Source: Burkholderiales bacterium
Lineage (GTDB): Bacteria; Pseudomonadota; Gammaproteobacteria; Burkholderiales; SG8-41
Direction: 5' to 3'
Assembly (NCBI GenBank): GCA_036555035.1
Contig: DATBMB010000056.1
Span: forward strand, 1,267 to 65,266
Length of the DNA: 64,000 nt
The notes under the pieces: generated by a model
Databases searched by the model: none
Told to the model about the DNA's origin: nothing
Seen by the model: the letters and a program-made list of their open reading frames with translations, nothing else
Translations under genes and position numbers: made by a program
Part shown: piece by piece, positions 50,118-60,497 of the stretch
How the letters are laid out: every line of letters starts with the position of its first letter
Position numbering within the stretch: position 1 is the first letter of the stretch

Positions 50118-51158
50118 ATGAACACGCCCCTAGACCTTGCGCCGTCGCGCGCCGAGCGCCTCGACGACCGCCTGCACCGCCCGCTGCGCGACCTGCGCAT
50201 CTCGGTCACCGACCGCTGCAACTTCCGGTGCGTCTATTGCATGCCGAAGGAAGTGTTCGGCAAGGACTATCAGTTCCTCGAGCGCCGGGAAATCCTCACC
50301 TTCGAGGAAATCGCCCGGCTCGTCCGCATCTTCCGGGGGCTCGGCGTGGAGAAGGTGCGGCTGACCGGCGGTGAGCCCCTGGTACGGCGCAACCTCGAGC
50401 AACTGATCGGGCACCTCGCCGCCATTCCCGGGCTCGATCTCACGCTCACCACGAACGGCTCCTTCCTCGCGCGCAAGGCACGCGCGCTCAAGGCGGCGGG
50501 CCTGACGCGCATCACCGTGAGCCTCGATGCGCTCGAGGACGCCGTGTTCCGGCGCCTGAACGACGTGGATTTCCCGGTCGCCAAGGTTCTCGAGGGGATC
50601 GAGGCCGCCGCCGCCGCGGGACTCACCCCGGTCAAGGTCAACATGGTGGTCAAGCGCGGCGAGAACGACGCGAGCATCCTGCCGATGGCGGGCTTCTTCC
50701 GCGGCACCGGGCACATCCTGCGCTTCATCGAGTACATGGACGTCGGGCACACCAACGGCTGGCGCATGAACGACGTCGTGCCCGCGCGCGAGATCATCGA
50801 GCGCATCGGCCGCGAGTGGCCGCTCGAGCCCGTCGATCCCAACTACCCGGGTGAGGTCGCGGAGCGCTGGCGCTACCGCGACGGCCGCGGAGAGATCGGC
50901 GTCATCGCCTCCGTCACCCAGGCCTTCTGCCGCACTTGCACCCGCGCCCGGCTCTCCACCGAGGGCCAGCTCTACACGTGCCTGTTCGCGACGAGCGGCC
51001 ACGACCTGCGGGCGCTCGTGCGCGGAGGCGCCTCCGACGCGGACATCCGCGCCGCGGTTGCCGGGATCTGGTCGAAGCGGGCCGACCGCTACTCCGAAAT
51101 CCGCGGGAGCCAGACCGCGCGGCTGCCGAAGATCGAGATGTCCTATATCGGAGGGTGA
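50118..51158 (+). CDS. moaA: GTP 3',8-cyclase (molybdenum cofactor biosynthesis protein A)
   Basis: [18 protein letters not shown] contains the radical SAM cluster motif. Other matches are LTGGEPL, the C-terminal auxiliary cluster [20 protein letters not shown] and the ending SYIGG. Confidence 0.95.
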   Translation: MNTPLDLAPSRAERLDDRLHRPLRDLRISVTDRCNFRCVYCMPKEVFGKDYQFLERREILTFEEIARLVRIFRGLGVEKVRLTGGEPLVRRNLEQLIGHLAAIPGLDLTLTTNGSFLARKARALKAAGLTRITVSLDALEDAVFRRLNDVDFPVAKVLEGIEAAAAAGLTPVKVNMVVKRGENDASILPMAGFFRGTGHILRFIEYMDVGHTNGWRMNDVVPAREIIERIGREWPLEPVDPNYPGEVAERWRYRDGRGEIGVIASVTQAFCRTCTRARLSTEGQLYTCLFATSGHDLRALVRGGASDADIRAAVAGIWSKRADRYSEIRGSQTARLPKIEMSYIGG

Positions 51159-51994
51159 TGGACAAGCCCTACCGCCCCCAGCTCACCCATGCCGGCCGGC
51201 CGCTGACGTTCGAAGTGGAAGCCGTCAACGAGCGCGGGGAGCGCCTGCCCACGCCGATCGCCGGGGAGCACCCGCTGACGCTCTTCCTCGACAACCGCGA
51301 GATCGTCACCTTGATGACGTTGGGCCAGGCGCCGGAGGCGCTCACGATCGGTTACCTGCGCAACCAGCGCCTGGTGGGATCCATCGAGGAAATCGCGGCG
51401 GTGCAGGTTGACTGGGAGACGGATGCCGTCGCCGTCACCACCCGCAAGGGCGTGAAGGGCCTGCGAGAGCGCCTGAAGAAGCGCACCGTCACCACCGGCT
51501 GCGGCCAGGGCACCGTGTTCGGCGATCTGATGGAAGAGATCGACTCCATCGAGCTGCGCAACGACGTGAAGCTCACCGAGGAGACGCTCTACGGGCTGCT
51601 CGACGCCGTGCGGCACCGCGAGACCATCTACAAGAGCGCGGGCGCGGTGCACGGCTGCGCGCTGGCCGAGGGCGCGGAGATCCTTTACTTCGTCGAGGAC
51701 GTCGGGCGCCACAACGCAGTGGACGCCATCGCCGGCCAGATGTGGCTCGACCGCGTGGACGGCTCGGACAAGATTTTCTACACCACTGGTCGGCTCACTT
51801 CCGAGATGGTGATCAAGGCCGCCCAGATGCGCATCCCCTTCCTGGTTTCGCGCTCGGGGCTGACCGAGATGGGCCACCAGATCGCGAGCCGGGTCGGCAT
51901 CACCATGATCGGGCGCGCGGTGACCAAGCACTATCTCCTCTTCACCGGCAAGCACCGCTTCGTCAAGACCGTCATGCCCACGATGCTGGCATGA
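51158..51994 (+). CDS. fdhD: Formate dehydrogenase accessory sulfurtransferase
   Basis: ...TTGCGQG..., ...GAVHGCAL..., ...EDVGRHNAVDA... and ...SRSGLTEMG... are FdhD hallmarks. Its ATG overlaps the moaA stop. Confidence 0.92.
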   Translation: MDKPYRPQLTHAGRPLTFEVEAVNERGERLPTPIAGEHPLTLFLDNREIVTLMTLGQAPEALTIGYLRNQRLVGSIEEIAAVQVDWETDAVAVTTRKGVKGLRERLKKRTVTTGCGQGTVFGDLMEEIDSIELRNDVKLTEETLYGLLDAVRHRETIYKSAGAVHGCALAEGAEILYFVEDVGRHNAVDAIAGQMWLDRVDGSDKIFYTTGRLTSEMVIKAAQMRIPFLVSRSGLTEMGHQIASRVGITMIGRAVTKHYLLFTGKHRFVKTVMPTMLA

Positions 51995-52578
51995 TCACCG
52001 GGGTGATCCTCGCCGGCGGCCAGGGCCGCCGCATGGGCGGCGTGGACAAGGGGCTGCAGCCGCTGCGCGGACGCCCGATGGTGGCATGGGTCATCGAGCG
52101 CTTCGCGCCGCAGGTAAACGAAGTCCTGATCAACGCCAACCAGAACCTCGAGCGCTACGGCGCGCTCGGCCACCGCGTGATCCCGGACGAGATCACGGGA
52201 TTCGCCGGCCCGCTGGCCGGGTTGCACCGCGGCTTGACCGAGGCCGCGCATGACCTCGTCGCGACCGTGCCCTGCGATTCGCCGTTTCTGCCGCGCGACC
52301 TCGTGGCTCGGCTGCGGGCAGCGCTGGAGCACAACCAGGCTGACATCGCCGTCGCGAAGACCGGGCCGCAGCCGCACCCGGTCTTCTGCCTGTGCCGCAG
52401 GAGCGTGCTTCCCGGTCTCGGTGCCTTCCTGGCCGGCGGCGGCCGCAAGATCGACGCGTGGTATGCGAGCCTGAAAGTCGTCGAGGTCGCGTTCGATGAC
52501 AATCCGGACGCGTTCAGCAATATCAATACGGGGGATGAGTTGCGCGCCTTCGAGACCCGCGAGCTGCCCTCAGCCTGA
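51991..52578 (+). CDS. mobA: Molybdenum cofactor guanylyltransferase
   Basis: MITGVILAGGQGRRMGGVDKGL...GPLAGL...VPCDSPFLP... matches MobA. Its ATG overlaps the fdhD stop (ATGA). Confidence 0.92.
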   Translation: MITGVILAGGQGRRMGGVDKGLQPLRGRPMVAWVIERFAPQVNEVLINANQNLERYGALGHRVIPDEITGFAGPLAGLHRGLTEAAHDLVATVPCDSPFLPRDLVARLRAALEHNQADIAVAKTGPQPHPVFCLCRRSVLPGLGAFLAGGGRKIDAWYASLKVVEVAFDDNPDAFSNINTGDELRAFETRELPSA

Positions 52579-53601
52579 TTTTCCCCCGGTGAGGCGCGCG
52601 GCCTCCGCGAGCGCGCCGTGAAGACCTACCAGCGGGTTCATGATCACGAGCACCGGCATCGTCGCGAGCAGCTCGCTGAAGCGGCCCTTGGCCGTGAACG
52701 CACGCATGAATGCGCCCTCCTTCAGCTTCGGCGCGATCCGGGGCGCGATTCCGCCCGCGATGTAGACGCCGCCGTGCGCCAGCGTGGCGAGCGCCAGGTT
52801 GCCCGCGAAGGCGCCGTATACCGCGACGAAGAGATCGAGCGCGCGCACGGCCAGCGGATCGAGCTTGGCGAGCGCGAACTCCGCGATCAGCTCCGCGGTG
52901 TCCTTGCGCGTCTTGTCCGCATCGCGCAGTTGCTTCGAAGGCACTCCGACGCCGGTTTCCTGCAGGAAGCTGAAGATGCGCATCAATCCCGGCCCGGAGA
53001 CCACCCGCTCGTAGGAGACCCGCCCGTAGGTGCGGCGCAGGTGCGCGAGCAGCCGGTCCTGCTGCTCGTCCACCGGCGCAAAATCCGCGTGGCCCGCTTC
53101 CGAGGGCTGCACGGCGTAGCCGTCGTCCTGCCAGCTCAGAAGCGCGACGCCGAGACCGGTGCCGGCTCCGATGATGAGCCGGGAGGCGCGCGCGACCGGC
53201 CTTCCCTCCTGAAGCGTCTCGAGCTCGCCCGGCGCAAGCCGGTTGATGCCGAGCCCGGCGGCCGCGAAATCGTTCATCAGGCGCACTTCCGGCAGCCGCA
53301 GCTCGGCGGCGATCGTGTTGCCGCTCACCTGCCACCCCAGGTTCGTCAAGGTCGTGCTGTTGCCCGCGACCGGCCCCGCCACGGAGAAGCAGGCGCCGGC
53401 GATCGCGCTGCGATGTCCCGCCACGGCCTGCTGCTGAAGGAAATCCGCGAGGATCGGCTGCACGCCGTCGAAATCCCGGCAAGAATAGATATGCTCCGCC
53501 ACGATCTGCGGGCGCGCGCCGGCGGTCGCGAGCGCAAGCGCCGCCTTGGTGCCGCCGATGTCCGCCGCGAGGAGGTAGCGCCGCCGCGACCGCTCGCTCA
53601 T
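52570..53601 (-). CDS. glk: Glucokinase
   Basis: The ATG at 53601 gives MSERSRRRYLLAADIGGTKAALAL. ...NDFAAAGLG...IIGAGTGLG...E.GH.DFAP... is the Glk pattern. The listed 695-aa ORF is an artefactual extension. Confidence 0.9.
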   Translation of the reverse strand: MSERSRRRYLLAADIGGTKAALALATAGARPQIVAEHIYSCRDFDGVQPILADFLQQQAVAGHRSAIAGACFSVAGPVAGNSTTLTNLGWQVSGNTIAAELRLPEVRLMNDFAAAGLGINRLAPGELETLQEGRPVARASRLIIGAGTGLGVALLSWQDDGYAVQPSEAGHADFAPVDEQQDRLLAHLRRTYGRVSYERVVSGPGLMRIFSFLQETGVGVPSKQLRDADKTRKDTAELIAEFALAKLDPLAVRALDLFVAVYGAFAGNLALATLAHGGVYIAGGIAPRIAPKLKEGAFMRAFTAKGRFSELLATMPVLVIMNPLVGLHGALAEAARLTGGKSG

Positions 53602-55997
53602 GCGAACAGTGCCTTCTGCTGCTGCGCCGGCTCCTCCCCCAGCGCCTCGGGCTCCGCGACGAAATAGCCCTGCGCGTAGTCGAGCCCGAGCTCGGTGATG
53701 CTGGCGAGGGTCTCCGCGTCCTCCACCGATTCGGCCACCGTGCGCATGCCCAGGATATGCCCGATGCGGTTGACCGAGTCCACGATCGCGAAGTCCATCG
53801 GGTCGGTCACCATGTCCTTGATGAACACGCCGGCGATCTTCAGGAAGTCGACCGGGAGGTACTTGAGGTAGGCGAACGAGGACATGCCGGTGCCGAAATC
53901 GTCGAGCGCGAAGCGGCAGCCCATGCCCTTCAGCTCGTGCATCAGCTCCGCCGCCTTGGAGAGATTCGAGATCGCGGTGGTCTCCGTGATCTCGAAGCAC
54001 AGCAGCCCGCTCGGCAGCTGGTAGCGCGTGAGGAGGTTGCGGATGAAGTCCGGGAAGCTCTTGTCGTTGATGCTCGCGCCCGAGATGTTGACCGAGTAGA
54101 AACCGCGCTCGCCGCTGCCGTGGAGATCGTGTGGAATCGCGCCGGCTGCCCACTGCCGGTTCAGGAACTCCACGAGCGAGCTCACCACCCAGCGCTCGAT
54201 CGAGGTCAGCAGGTTGTAGCGCTCCGCCGCCGGCATGAAGCCGGTGGCCGGAATCAGGTTGCCGGCGCGGTCCACCATACGCACGAGGATCTCGTAATTG
54301 CGCTCGCGGCGCGGCGTCGCGTCGAGCGGGTCGATACGCTGGCGGTAAAGCCGGAACTGGCCCAGCTCGAAGGCGCGGTTGATCTGCGACACGAGCTGCA
54401 GCTCCTCGCGCCGGCCGCTGCGGCTGGGCTCCTCCGGGCGGTACACCTGCACCCGGTCGCGACCGCGGTTCTTGGCTTCGTAGCAGGTCGCATCCGCGTT
54501 TGCGAGCACCTGGTTCACATCCCCGCTCGCCGCGTCGATCGGCACGAGACCCACGCTCACCCCGACGCTGAAGGTCTTGCCTTCCCACACGAACCGGAAC
54601 TCGCGCACCGTCTCGCGCAGGCCATTGGCGATGCGCACGCCCTGGTCGACCGGGCACGCCTCGAGCAGCGCGCCGAACTCATCGCCCCCGAGGCGCGCCA
54701 GCGTGTCGCTGCCGCGCATGCGCGTCAGCATGATCGAGGTGAGCTGCCGCAGCAGCTCGTCGCCCGCGCTGTGGCCGCAGGTATCGTTCACCGCCTTGAA
54801 GTTGTCGAGATCCATGAAGAGCAGCGCGTGCTCGCGCCGCTGCGTCCCGGCGGTCTCGATCAGCTCGGCCAGGCGCCGCTCGAACTCGCGGCGGTTGACC
54901 AGCCCCGTCAGCGAGTCATGGCTCGCCTGCCACAGCAGCTGCTGCGACATGGCGCGCAGCTGGCTCATGTCGTGGAACACCACGATCATGCCGTGCACGG
55001 TGCCGTCGCGGCCCAGGATCGGCGCGTGCGAGTAGCGCACCGGGCACTCGCGCCCGCTGCGGTCGACGAGCCGCACCGCGGCGAGCTCCGCCTCGCCGCC
55101 GCCCGCCGTCTCGGTCAGGGGCAGCGGATCGATCGGCTTGCCGGTGCGCTCGTCGAGCACGCGGTAGATCTCGGACAGCGGCTTGCCGATCGCCTCCGCG
55201 CCCGTCCAGCCGAGCTGCTGCTCGGCCACCGGGTTGAGATACTCGACCCTTCCCGCTGCGTCCGTGGTGATGACTCCGTCCACGATCGAGTGCAGCGTGA
55301 CTTCCGCGAGCTCCTTCTCGTGCTCGAGCGTCGCCTGGGTCGCGGCGACGCTGCGGCTCACCCACACCGCGATCACGATGCCCGCCAGCAGGGCCAGCAG
55401 CCCCCCGGCCCCGATCAGGAGGAAGCCGTAGCGCATGCCCTGGTTCGCAGCCGCGATCGCCTCCGCGGTGCGCGCGTGGTTGGCTTCGAGCATCAGGTAG
55501 AGCGTCTCCTGGAACCGGGAATCCTCCAGCACCGCCTGCGTGAGGTTCAGCTCCGAGGCGCGCGCGATCTCGCTCTTCATGAGGAGCGCTACGATGTCCT
55601 CGCCGATCGCCCGCGAGCGCGCCGCCGCGGCGATCGCCTCGTCGCGCGCCGCCCGTTCGGAGGCGTCGAGCTGGAGCGTTCCCAGCCTCTCCACCGCCCG
55701 GTCGTAGGCCCCGATCGCCCGCCGGTACTGCTCGTGCACGGTCCGGCGCGCCTCGCCCATCTCCGCCCCGAACATCTTGTCGATCAGCGCGGAGCGCTGG
55801 CCGTTGGCGAGGAAGAGCTCGGACGCGGTGCCGATCTTGCGGCCCTGCGCTCCGGTCAGGGAGTGAATCTGCTGGTTGAAGGACTCGATGCGCGCAAGCC
55901 CGAGCGCGATCAGCGCGGTGAGCGCGGCGAGCAGCAGTCCGAAGCTGGCATACAGCAGGTATTTCGACTTGGGGCTGGCCAGCAGGGGCGTCATCAC
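53598..55997 (-). CDS. Membrane sensor with periplasmic/four-helix sensor region, PAS, GGDEF and EAL domains
   Basis: It has two TM segments and a PAS-like region. GGDEF reads RLGGDEFGAL. EAL-type segments are YEILVRM, LDDFGTGMSSFAYLK and AESVED. The start is the GTG at 55997 or the ATG at 55994. Its stop overlaps the glk ATG (ATGA). Confidence 0.9.
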   Translation of the reverse strand: MMTPLLASPKSKYLLYASFGLLLAALTALIALGLARIESFNQQIHSLTGAQGRKIGTASELFLANGQRSALIDKMFGAEMGEARRTVHEQYRRAIGAYDRAVERLGTLQLDASERAARDEAIAAAARSRAIGEDIVALLMKSEIARASELNLTQAVLEDSRFQETLYLMLEANHARTAEAIAAANQGMRYGFLLIGAGGLLALLAGIVIAVWVSRSVAATQATLEHEKELAEVTLHSIVDGVITTDAAGRVEYLNPVAEQQLGWTGAEAIGKPLSEIYRVLDERTGKPIDPLPLTETAGGGEAELAAVRLVDRSGRECPVRYSHAPILGRDGTVHGMIVVFHDMSQLRAMSQQLLWQASHDSLTGLVNRREFERRLAELIETAGTQRREHALLFMDLDNFKAVNDTCGHSAGDELLRQLTSIMLTRMRGSDTLARLGGDEFGALLEACPVDQGVRIANGLRETVREFRFVWEGKTFSVGVSVGLVPIDAASGDVNQVLANADATCYEAKNRGRDRVQVYRPEEPSRSGRREELQLVSQINRAFELGQFRLYRQRIDPLDATPRRERNYEILVRMVDRAGNLIPATGFMPAAERYNLLTSIERWVVSSLVEFLNRQWAAGAIPHDLHGSGERGFYSVNISGASINDKSFPDFIRNLLTRYQLPSGLLCFEITETTAISNLSKAAELMHELKGMGCRFALDDFGTGMSSFAYLKYLPVDFLKIAGVFIKDMVTDPMDFAIVDSVNRIGHILGMRTVAESVEDAETLASITELGLDYAQGYFVAEPEALGEEPAQQQKALFA

Positions 55998-55998
55998 G

Positions 55999-56796
55999 CT
56001 AGGTCGCGCCTTCCTCCGCCAGCGGCTGGCGCGCGAGGCGCGCCGCCGGGTCCTGGCGATAGAGCGCCGCGAGCTGGCGGTAGATCTCCCCGTACTCCTC
56101 GAGGACGGCGGCGGGCGTCTCGAAGAATGCCTCGCTCAGCACCGCGAAGAACTCGGATGGATGCTCGGCGGCATAGGGATCGATCGCGCTCGGCTCCCCG
56201 CGAGCGGTTCGCCGGCAGAAATCCTCGTAGGCCGCGCCGAACGCGCGGGTCCACGCCGCCCGGTCCATGTCGCGGTGCAACGGCGGAAAGCCGTTGGCCT
56301 CCCCGTTCAGCATGTCGATCTTGTGCGCGAACTCGTGGATCACCACGTTGTAGCCGGGGTCCCCGCCGCGCAGCTGCGCGTCGGCCCAGGACAGGATCAC
56401 CGGCCCCTCGAGCCAGGACTCGCCGGTCATCGGCGCCCGGACATGGTGCGCAACCCCGTCCTCGTCCACGTAGTCGTACTCGGCGACGAACTCGTCCGGA
56501 TACACAATGACCTCGATCCAGCCGCGGTAGTAGCCGAGATCGAGATTCATAACGAGCATACATGCCTGCGCCGCGATCGACACGCGCATTTCGTCACGCA
56601 GCGCGAGGCCGCCCGCGCCGACGATTGATTTCTCGTGCAGAAACAGCACCACGAGCTCGCGCAGCCGCGCGCGCTCCTCGCGGTCGAGCGCGCGCGTGAA
56701 GGGATAGCGCTCGAGCGCCGCCCGCCACGCGCCCTCGTCGAGCGTGGAGCGCCGGAGGATCCTTCCGCGGCGCCAGTTCCGGAACGCTTGGAGCAT
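55999..56796 (-). CDS. mtfA: MtfA-family zinc-dependent peptidase (Mlc titration factor A, DUF980/M90)
   Basis: The ATG at 56796 gives MLQAFRNWRR. ...YPDEF...G....GPVILSW...NVVIHEFAHKIDM...EFFAV.SE.FF is the MtfA HExxH pattern. Confidence 0.85.
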   Translation of the reverse strand: MLQAFRNWRRGRILRRSTLDEGAWRAALERYPFTRALDREERARLRELVVLFLHEKSIVGAGGLALRDEMRVSIAAQACMLVMNLDLGYYRGWIEVIVYPDEFVAEYDYVDEDGVAHHVRAPMTGESWLEGPVILSWADAQLRGGDPGYNVVIHEFAHKIDMLNGEANGFPPLHRDMDRAAWTRAFGAAYEDFCRRTARGEPSAIDPYAAEHPSEFFAVLSEAFFETPAAVLEEYGEIYRQLAALYRQDPAARLARQPLAEEGAT

Positions 56797-56813
56797 CTCG
56801 GGCGGGACCGCCG

Positions 56814-57983
56814 TCACTTGGCCTTGCCGTCGTCGCGCAGCTCGACGACCTTCAGCGAGGCGGCCTCGGGGGGCTCCAGGTCGGCGGTCTCGATGCGCTG
56901 GAACTGCTGCGCGATCTTGCGGCTCGAGGTCTGCACGTCCTCGGCGTCCTGGTGCGCGAGGCGGATGTGATCGGCGAGCTTCTTCATCCGCTCCTCGAAG
57001 CGCCGGAAGTCCTGCCCGAGGCGCGACAGGGCATCGCGGATGACGTGGATCTGCTTGCGGGTCTCCACGTCCTTCAGCACGGCGCGGGCGGTATTGAGGA
57101 CGGCCATCAGCGTCGTGGGCGAGACGATCCACACGCGCCGGGACATGGCGTAATCGACCACCTCGCCGTGGTGCGCGTGGATCTCGGCGAACACCGCCTC
57201 CGCCGGCACGAACATCACGGCGCCGTCGGAAGTCACGTCGGGCAGGATGTATTTCCGCGAGATGTCGTCGACATGCTTCCTCACGTCGGCGCGGAACTGG
57301 CGGCCGCCCAGGGCGCGCTCCACGTCGTTGGCGCCGGGCGCGAGCATCCGGTGATAGTTCTCGAGCGGGAACTTGGAGTCGATGCACACGAGTCCCGTGG
57401 GCTCCGGAAGCCTCAGCACGCAGTCTACGCGGGACCCGTTGGGGAGCGTGTACTGCATTTCGAACGCCGCCGGGGGCAGCACGTTGCGCACCAGCGCCTC
57501 GAGCTGGACCTCGCCGAAGGCGCCGCGGGACTGCTTGTTGCCGAGGAGCTCCTGCAGGCTCACCACGCTGCCGGTGAGGGTGTCGATCTTCTTCTGCGCC
57601 TCGTCGATGGTGGCGAGGCGCTGCATCACGCTGACGAAGGTCTCGTTGGTCTTCTTGAAGCCCTCGTCCAGCCGCTCGTTCACCTTGCCGGCGATCTGCT
57701 CGAGCCGCTGGTCGATCCGCGCGCCAAGCGCAAGCTCGAGCCGGTGCAGCGTCTCGCGGGTCTGGTTGAGCTCCTCGGAGAGGCGGGAGTTGAGGCGGTC
57801 CGACTGCTGGGCGAGCCCGCCGTGAAGGTCGGTCAGCATCGCCCGGTGCCGCTCTTCCAGCACGCGGGCGAGATCTTCGGGCAGCTTGCGAATCGCGGTG
57901 CCCTGGGCCGCCAGCCTCGCGATCAGCACGATGAGAACGGCGAGGACAGCGAGTGCCAGAATCGCCAGCAGGAAGTCGGGCAT
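56814..57983 (-). CDS. rmuC: DNA recombination protein RmuC
   Basis: 389 aa with an N-terminal TM helix, a long coiled coil and the C-terminal segment CIDSKFPLENY...MFVPAEAVF...VSPTTLMAVL. Confidence 0.92.
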   Translation of the reverse strand: MPDFLLAILALAVLAVLIVLIARLAAQGTAIRKLPEDLARVLEERHRAMLTDLHGGLAQQSDRLNSRLSEELNQTRETLHRLELALGARIDQRLEQIAGKVNERLDEGFKKTNETFVSVMQRLATIDEAQKKIDTLTGSVVSLQELLGNKQSRGAFGEVQLEALVRNVLPPAAFEMQYTLPNGSRVDCVLRLPEPTGLVCIDSKFPLENYHRMLAPGANDVERALGGRQFRADVRKHVDDISRKYILPDVTSDGAVMFVPAEAVFAEIHAHHGEVVDYAMSRRVWIVSPTTLMAVLNTARAVLKDVETRKQIHVIRDALSRLGQDFRRFEERMKKLADHIRLAHQDAEDVQTSSRKIAQQFQRIETADLEPPEAASLKVVELRDDGKAK

Positions 57984-57998
57984 CGCCTGCGAATTATA

Positions 57999-60497
57999 TC
58001 AGCCGAGCGCGCGCAGAACCTTGAGTGGCGCAACCTCCAGCACCCGCCGCGTGCCGAGGTATCCGGCCGCCGTCACGCCGAGCGCCCCGCCGGCGACCCC
58101 GATCAGCCATACCGCCGGATCCGGCGTGTAGGTGAGGTGCAGGAAGCGGTGCGCGATGAAGTAGGCGAGCCCGCTCGCACCCGCCGCCGCGACGAAGCCC
58201 GCCGCCGCGCCTGTCAGCCCGAACTCGGCAAGGTGCGCGCGGCGGATCTGCGGCCGGCTCGCGCCCAGCGTGCGCAGGATGGTCGCCTGGTAGAGCCGCT
58301 CGTCCTGGGTGCTGGCAACGGCCGCGTACAGCACCACCAGCCCGGCGGCGAGCGTGAACAGGAACACGAACTGCACCGCGCGCGCGGCCTGATCCATCAT
58401 CCGCTGCACGTGGGAGAGCACCTGCGCGACGTCGATGAGGACGATGTTGGGGAAGGCCTTGACCAGCGCGTTCAGGACCTCGACCCGTCCCCCGGCCAGG
58501 TGAAAGCTCGTCACATACTGCGCGGGATAGACCTCCAGCAGCCCGGGCGGGGCGAGGACGAAGAAGTTCACGTTGAAGCTGTCCCAGTCCACGGTGCGCA
58601 GGCTCGTCACCGTGGCGGTGACCGGCGTTCCCGCGATGTCGAACGTCAGCGCGTCCCCCAGGCTGATGCCGAGCGCTTCGGCGAGGCCGCGCTCCACCGA
58701 GAACTGGTCGGCGCCCCCGGCTGCGTCGTCCCACCAGCGGCCGGCGACGACGCGGTTGTCCGCCTGCGGGCGCGCCGCCCACGACAGGTTGAACTCGCGC
58801 GTGACGAGGCGCCGCGCCCGCTCCTCCGCATAGTCGTCAGCCGCGACCGGGCGCTCCCCGATTCGCACGAGCCGCCCGCGCACCATCGGAAAGAGCCCGG
58901 GGGGCGCCATGCCGCGCTCCGCGAAAAAGCGCCCGATCGCCGTGACCTGGTCCGGCTGGATGTTGATGATGAAGCGGTTGGGAGCGTCCCGCGGCAGGCT
59001 CTCGTGCCACGTGCGCAGCAGGTCCGCGCGCACCAGGGTGAGCGTGAGCAGCGCCATGATGCCGAGCGCGAGCGCCACCACCTGGAGGATCGTGCCCAGC
59101 GCCCGGCGGCGCAGGTTCGCCACGCCGAAGCGCCACGAAACCCCGCGCGACTTCAGCGTCCCCACCGCGCGCAGCAGCGCCCAGGTGAGCGCGCACGCGC
59201 CCACCATGGCTGCGACGAACCAGCCGAGCACGGTGAGACCAAGCCGCAGCTCCTGCGCCCGCCACAGGATGAGTGCCGCGATGACCACGGCGCCGAGCCC
59301 GTACGCGATGATCGCGTCTCCCTGGGGCGCGCCCAGCTCGCGTCTCAGCACCCGCAGCGTCGGCACGCGCGCGAGGCTCACGAGCGGGGGCAGCGCGAAG
59401 CCCAGCAGCAGCAGCCACCCGACCGCTGCGCCATGGACCGCGGGCAGCACGCTTGCCGCGGGCAGCGTCACCGCGACCACCCGTCCGAGCCACGCCACCA
59501 GCACGGCCTGGGTGAGTGCCCCGATCGCGATCCCGGCCGACGCGGCGGCGGCGCCGAGCAGCGTGAAATGCGCAACATGCAGCCGCACGATCAGGGCCTG
59601 GCTCGCGCCCAGGCAGCGCATCAGGGCGCAGCCGTCGAGGTGGCGCTGCAGGTAGCGCCGCGCCGAGAGCGCGATCGCGACCGCAGCGAGGAAAACGCTC
59701 GAGAGCGCCGCCAGGTTGAGATACTTTTCGGCGCGCTCGAGCGCCGAGCGCACCTCGGGCCGGGCATCGCGCACGCCCTCGATGCGCGTTCCCGGCGCAA
59801 GCCGCTCGCGTGCCCAGGCCCGGTATGCATCCACGCTTGCGCTCTCTCCCGCAAGGAGCAAACGGTAACGGACGCGGCTGCCCGGTTGCACCAGGCGGGT
59901 CGCGGCGAGATCCTCGGCATTCAAAATGACGCGCGGGGCGCCGCTCAGGAATCCCAGCTCCACGCCCGGCTCGTGGGTGATCACGGCCCCGACCGCAAGG
60001 CGGCTCGCGCCCACCCCGATGCGGTCCTCCGCGGCGAGATCAAGCGAGGTGTGCAGCCGCTCGTCCACCCAGACCGTCCCGGGCTTCGGAATCGCCTCGG
60101 CGAGGCGATCGGGAGCAAACAGCCGGTCCGCGATGCGCAATTCCCCGCGCAACGGATAACCCGGAGACACCACCCTCACGTCGGCCAGGACGGTGCGCTC
60201 TCGCAGCACCACCATGCTGGGAAAGCGGATGACCTCGGCCGCGGCGAGCCCGCGGCGCGCCGCTTCCCGCTTGAGCTCCGGGTCGATCGCGCGGGAGTCG
60301 CTGATCACGAGGTCGGCGCCCAGCAGGCGGTTTGCTTCCAGCTCGAGCACCCGCTGCACGCGGTCGGTGAAGAAGCCGACCGTGGTGACGGCGGCGACCG
60401 CCACGACGATTGCGGTCGCGATCAGCGTGATCTCTCCCGCTCGAGCATCGCGCGCGAGCAGCCGCCACGCCAGCCGGATCTCGCGCAGGAGGCTCAT
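57999..60497 (-). CDS. FtsX-domain ABC transporter permease, YbbP type (duplicated FtsX/MacB-like)
   Basis: 832 aa starting MSLLREIRLAWRLLARDARAGE, with two FtsX-like membrane modules. It overlaps the stop of the ATPase gene (ATGA). Confidence 0.9.
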   Translation of the reverse strand: MSLLREIRLAWRLLARDARAGEITLIATAIVVAVAAVTTVGFFTDRVQRVLELEANRLLGADLVISDSRAIDPELKREAARRGLAAAEVIRFPSMVVLRERTVLADVRVVSPGYPLRGELRIADRLFAPDRLAEAIPKPGTVWVDERLHTSLDLAAEDRIGVGASRLAVGAVITHEPGVELGFLSGAPRVILNAEDLAATRLVQPGSRVRYRLLLAGESASVDAYRAWARERLAPGTRIEGVRDARPEVRSALERAEKYLNLAALSSVFLAAVAIALSARRYLQRHLDGCALMRCLGASQALIVRLHVAHFTLLGAAAASAGIAIGALTQAVLVAWLGRVVAVTLPAASVLPAVHGAAVGWLLLLGFALPPLVSLARVPTLRVLRRELGAPQGDAIIAYGLGAVVIAALILWRAQELRLGLTVLGWFVAAMVGACALTWALLRAVGTLKSRGVSWRFGVANLRRRALGTILQVVALALGIMALLTLTLVRADLLRTWHESLPRDAPNRFIINIQPDQVTAIGRFFAERGMAPPGLFPMVRGRLVRIGERPVAADDYAEERARRLVTREFNLSWAARPQADNRVVAGRWWDDAAGGADQFSVERGLAEALGISLGDALTFDIAGTPVTATVTSLRTVDWDSFNVNFFVLAPPGLLEVYPAQYVTSFHLAGGRVEVLNALVKAFPNIVLIDVAQVLSHVQRMMDQAARAVQFVFLFTLAAGLVVLYAAVASTQDERLYQATILRTLGASRPQIRRAHLAEFGLTGAAAGFVAAAGASGLAYFIAHRFLHLTYTPDPAVWLIGVAGGALGVTAAGYLGTRRVLEVAPLKVLRALG

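Noticed and set aside
52570-54657. 695-aa ORF extending glk upstream.
   Set aside because: Glucokinase homology starts at MSERSRRRYLLAADIGGTK (ATG at 53601). The upstream part overlaps the EAL domain of the sensor gene in another frame.
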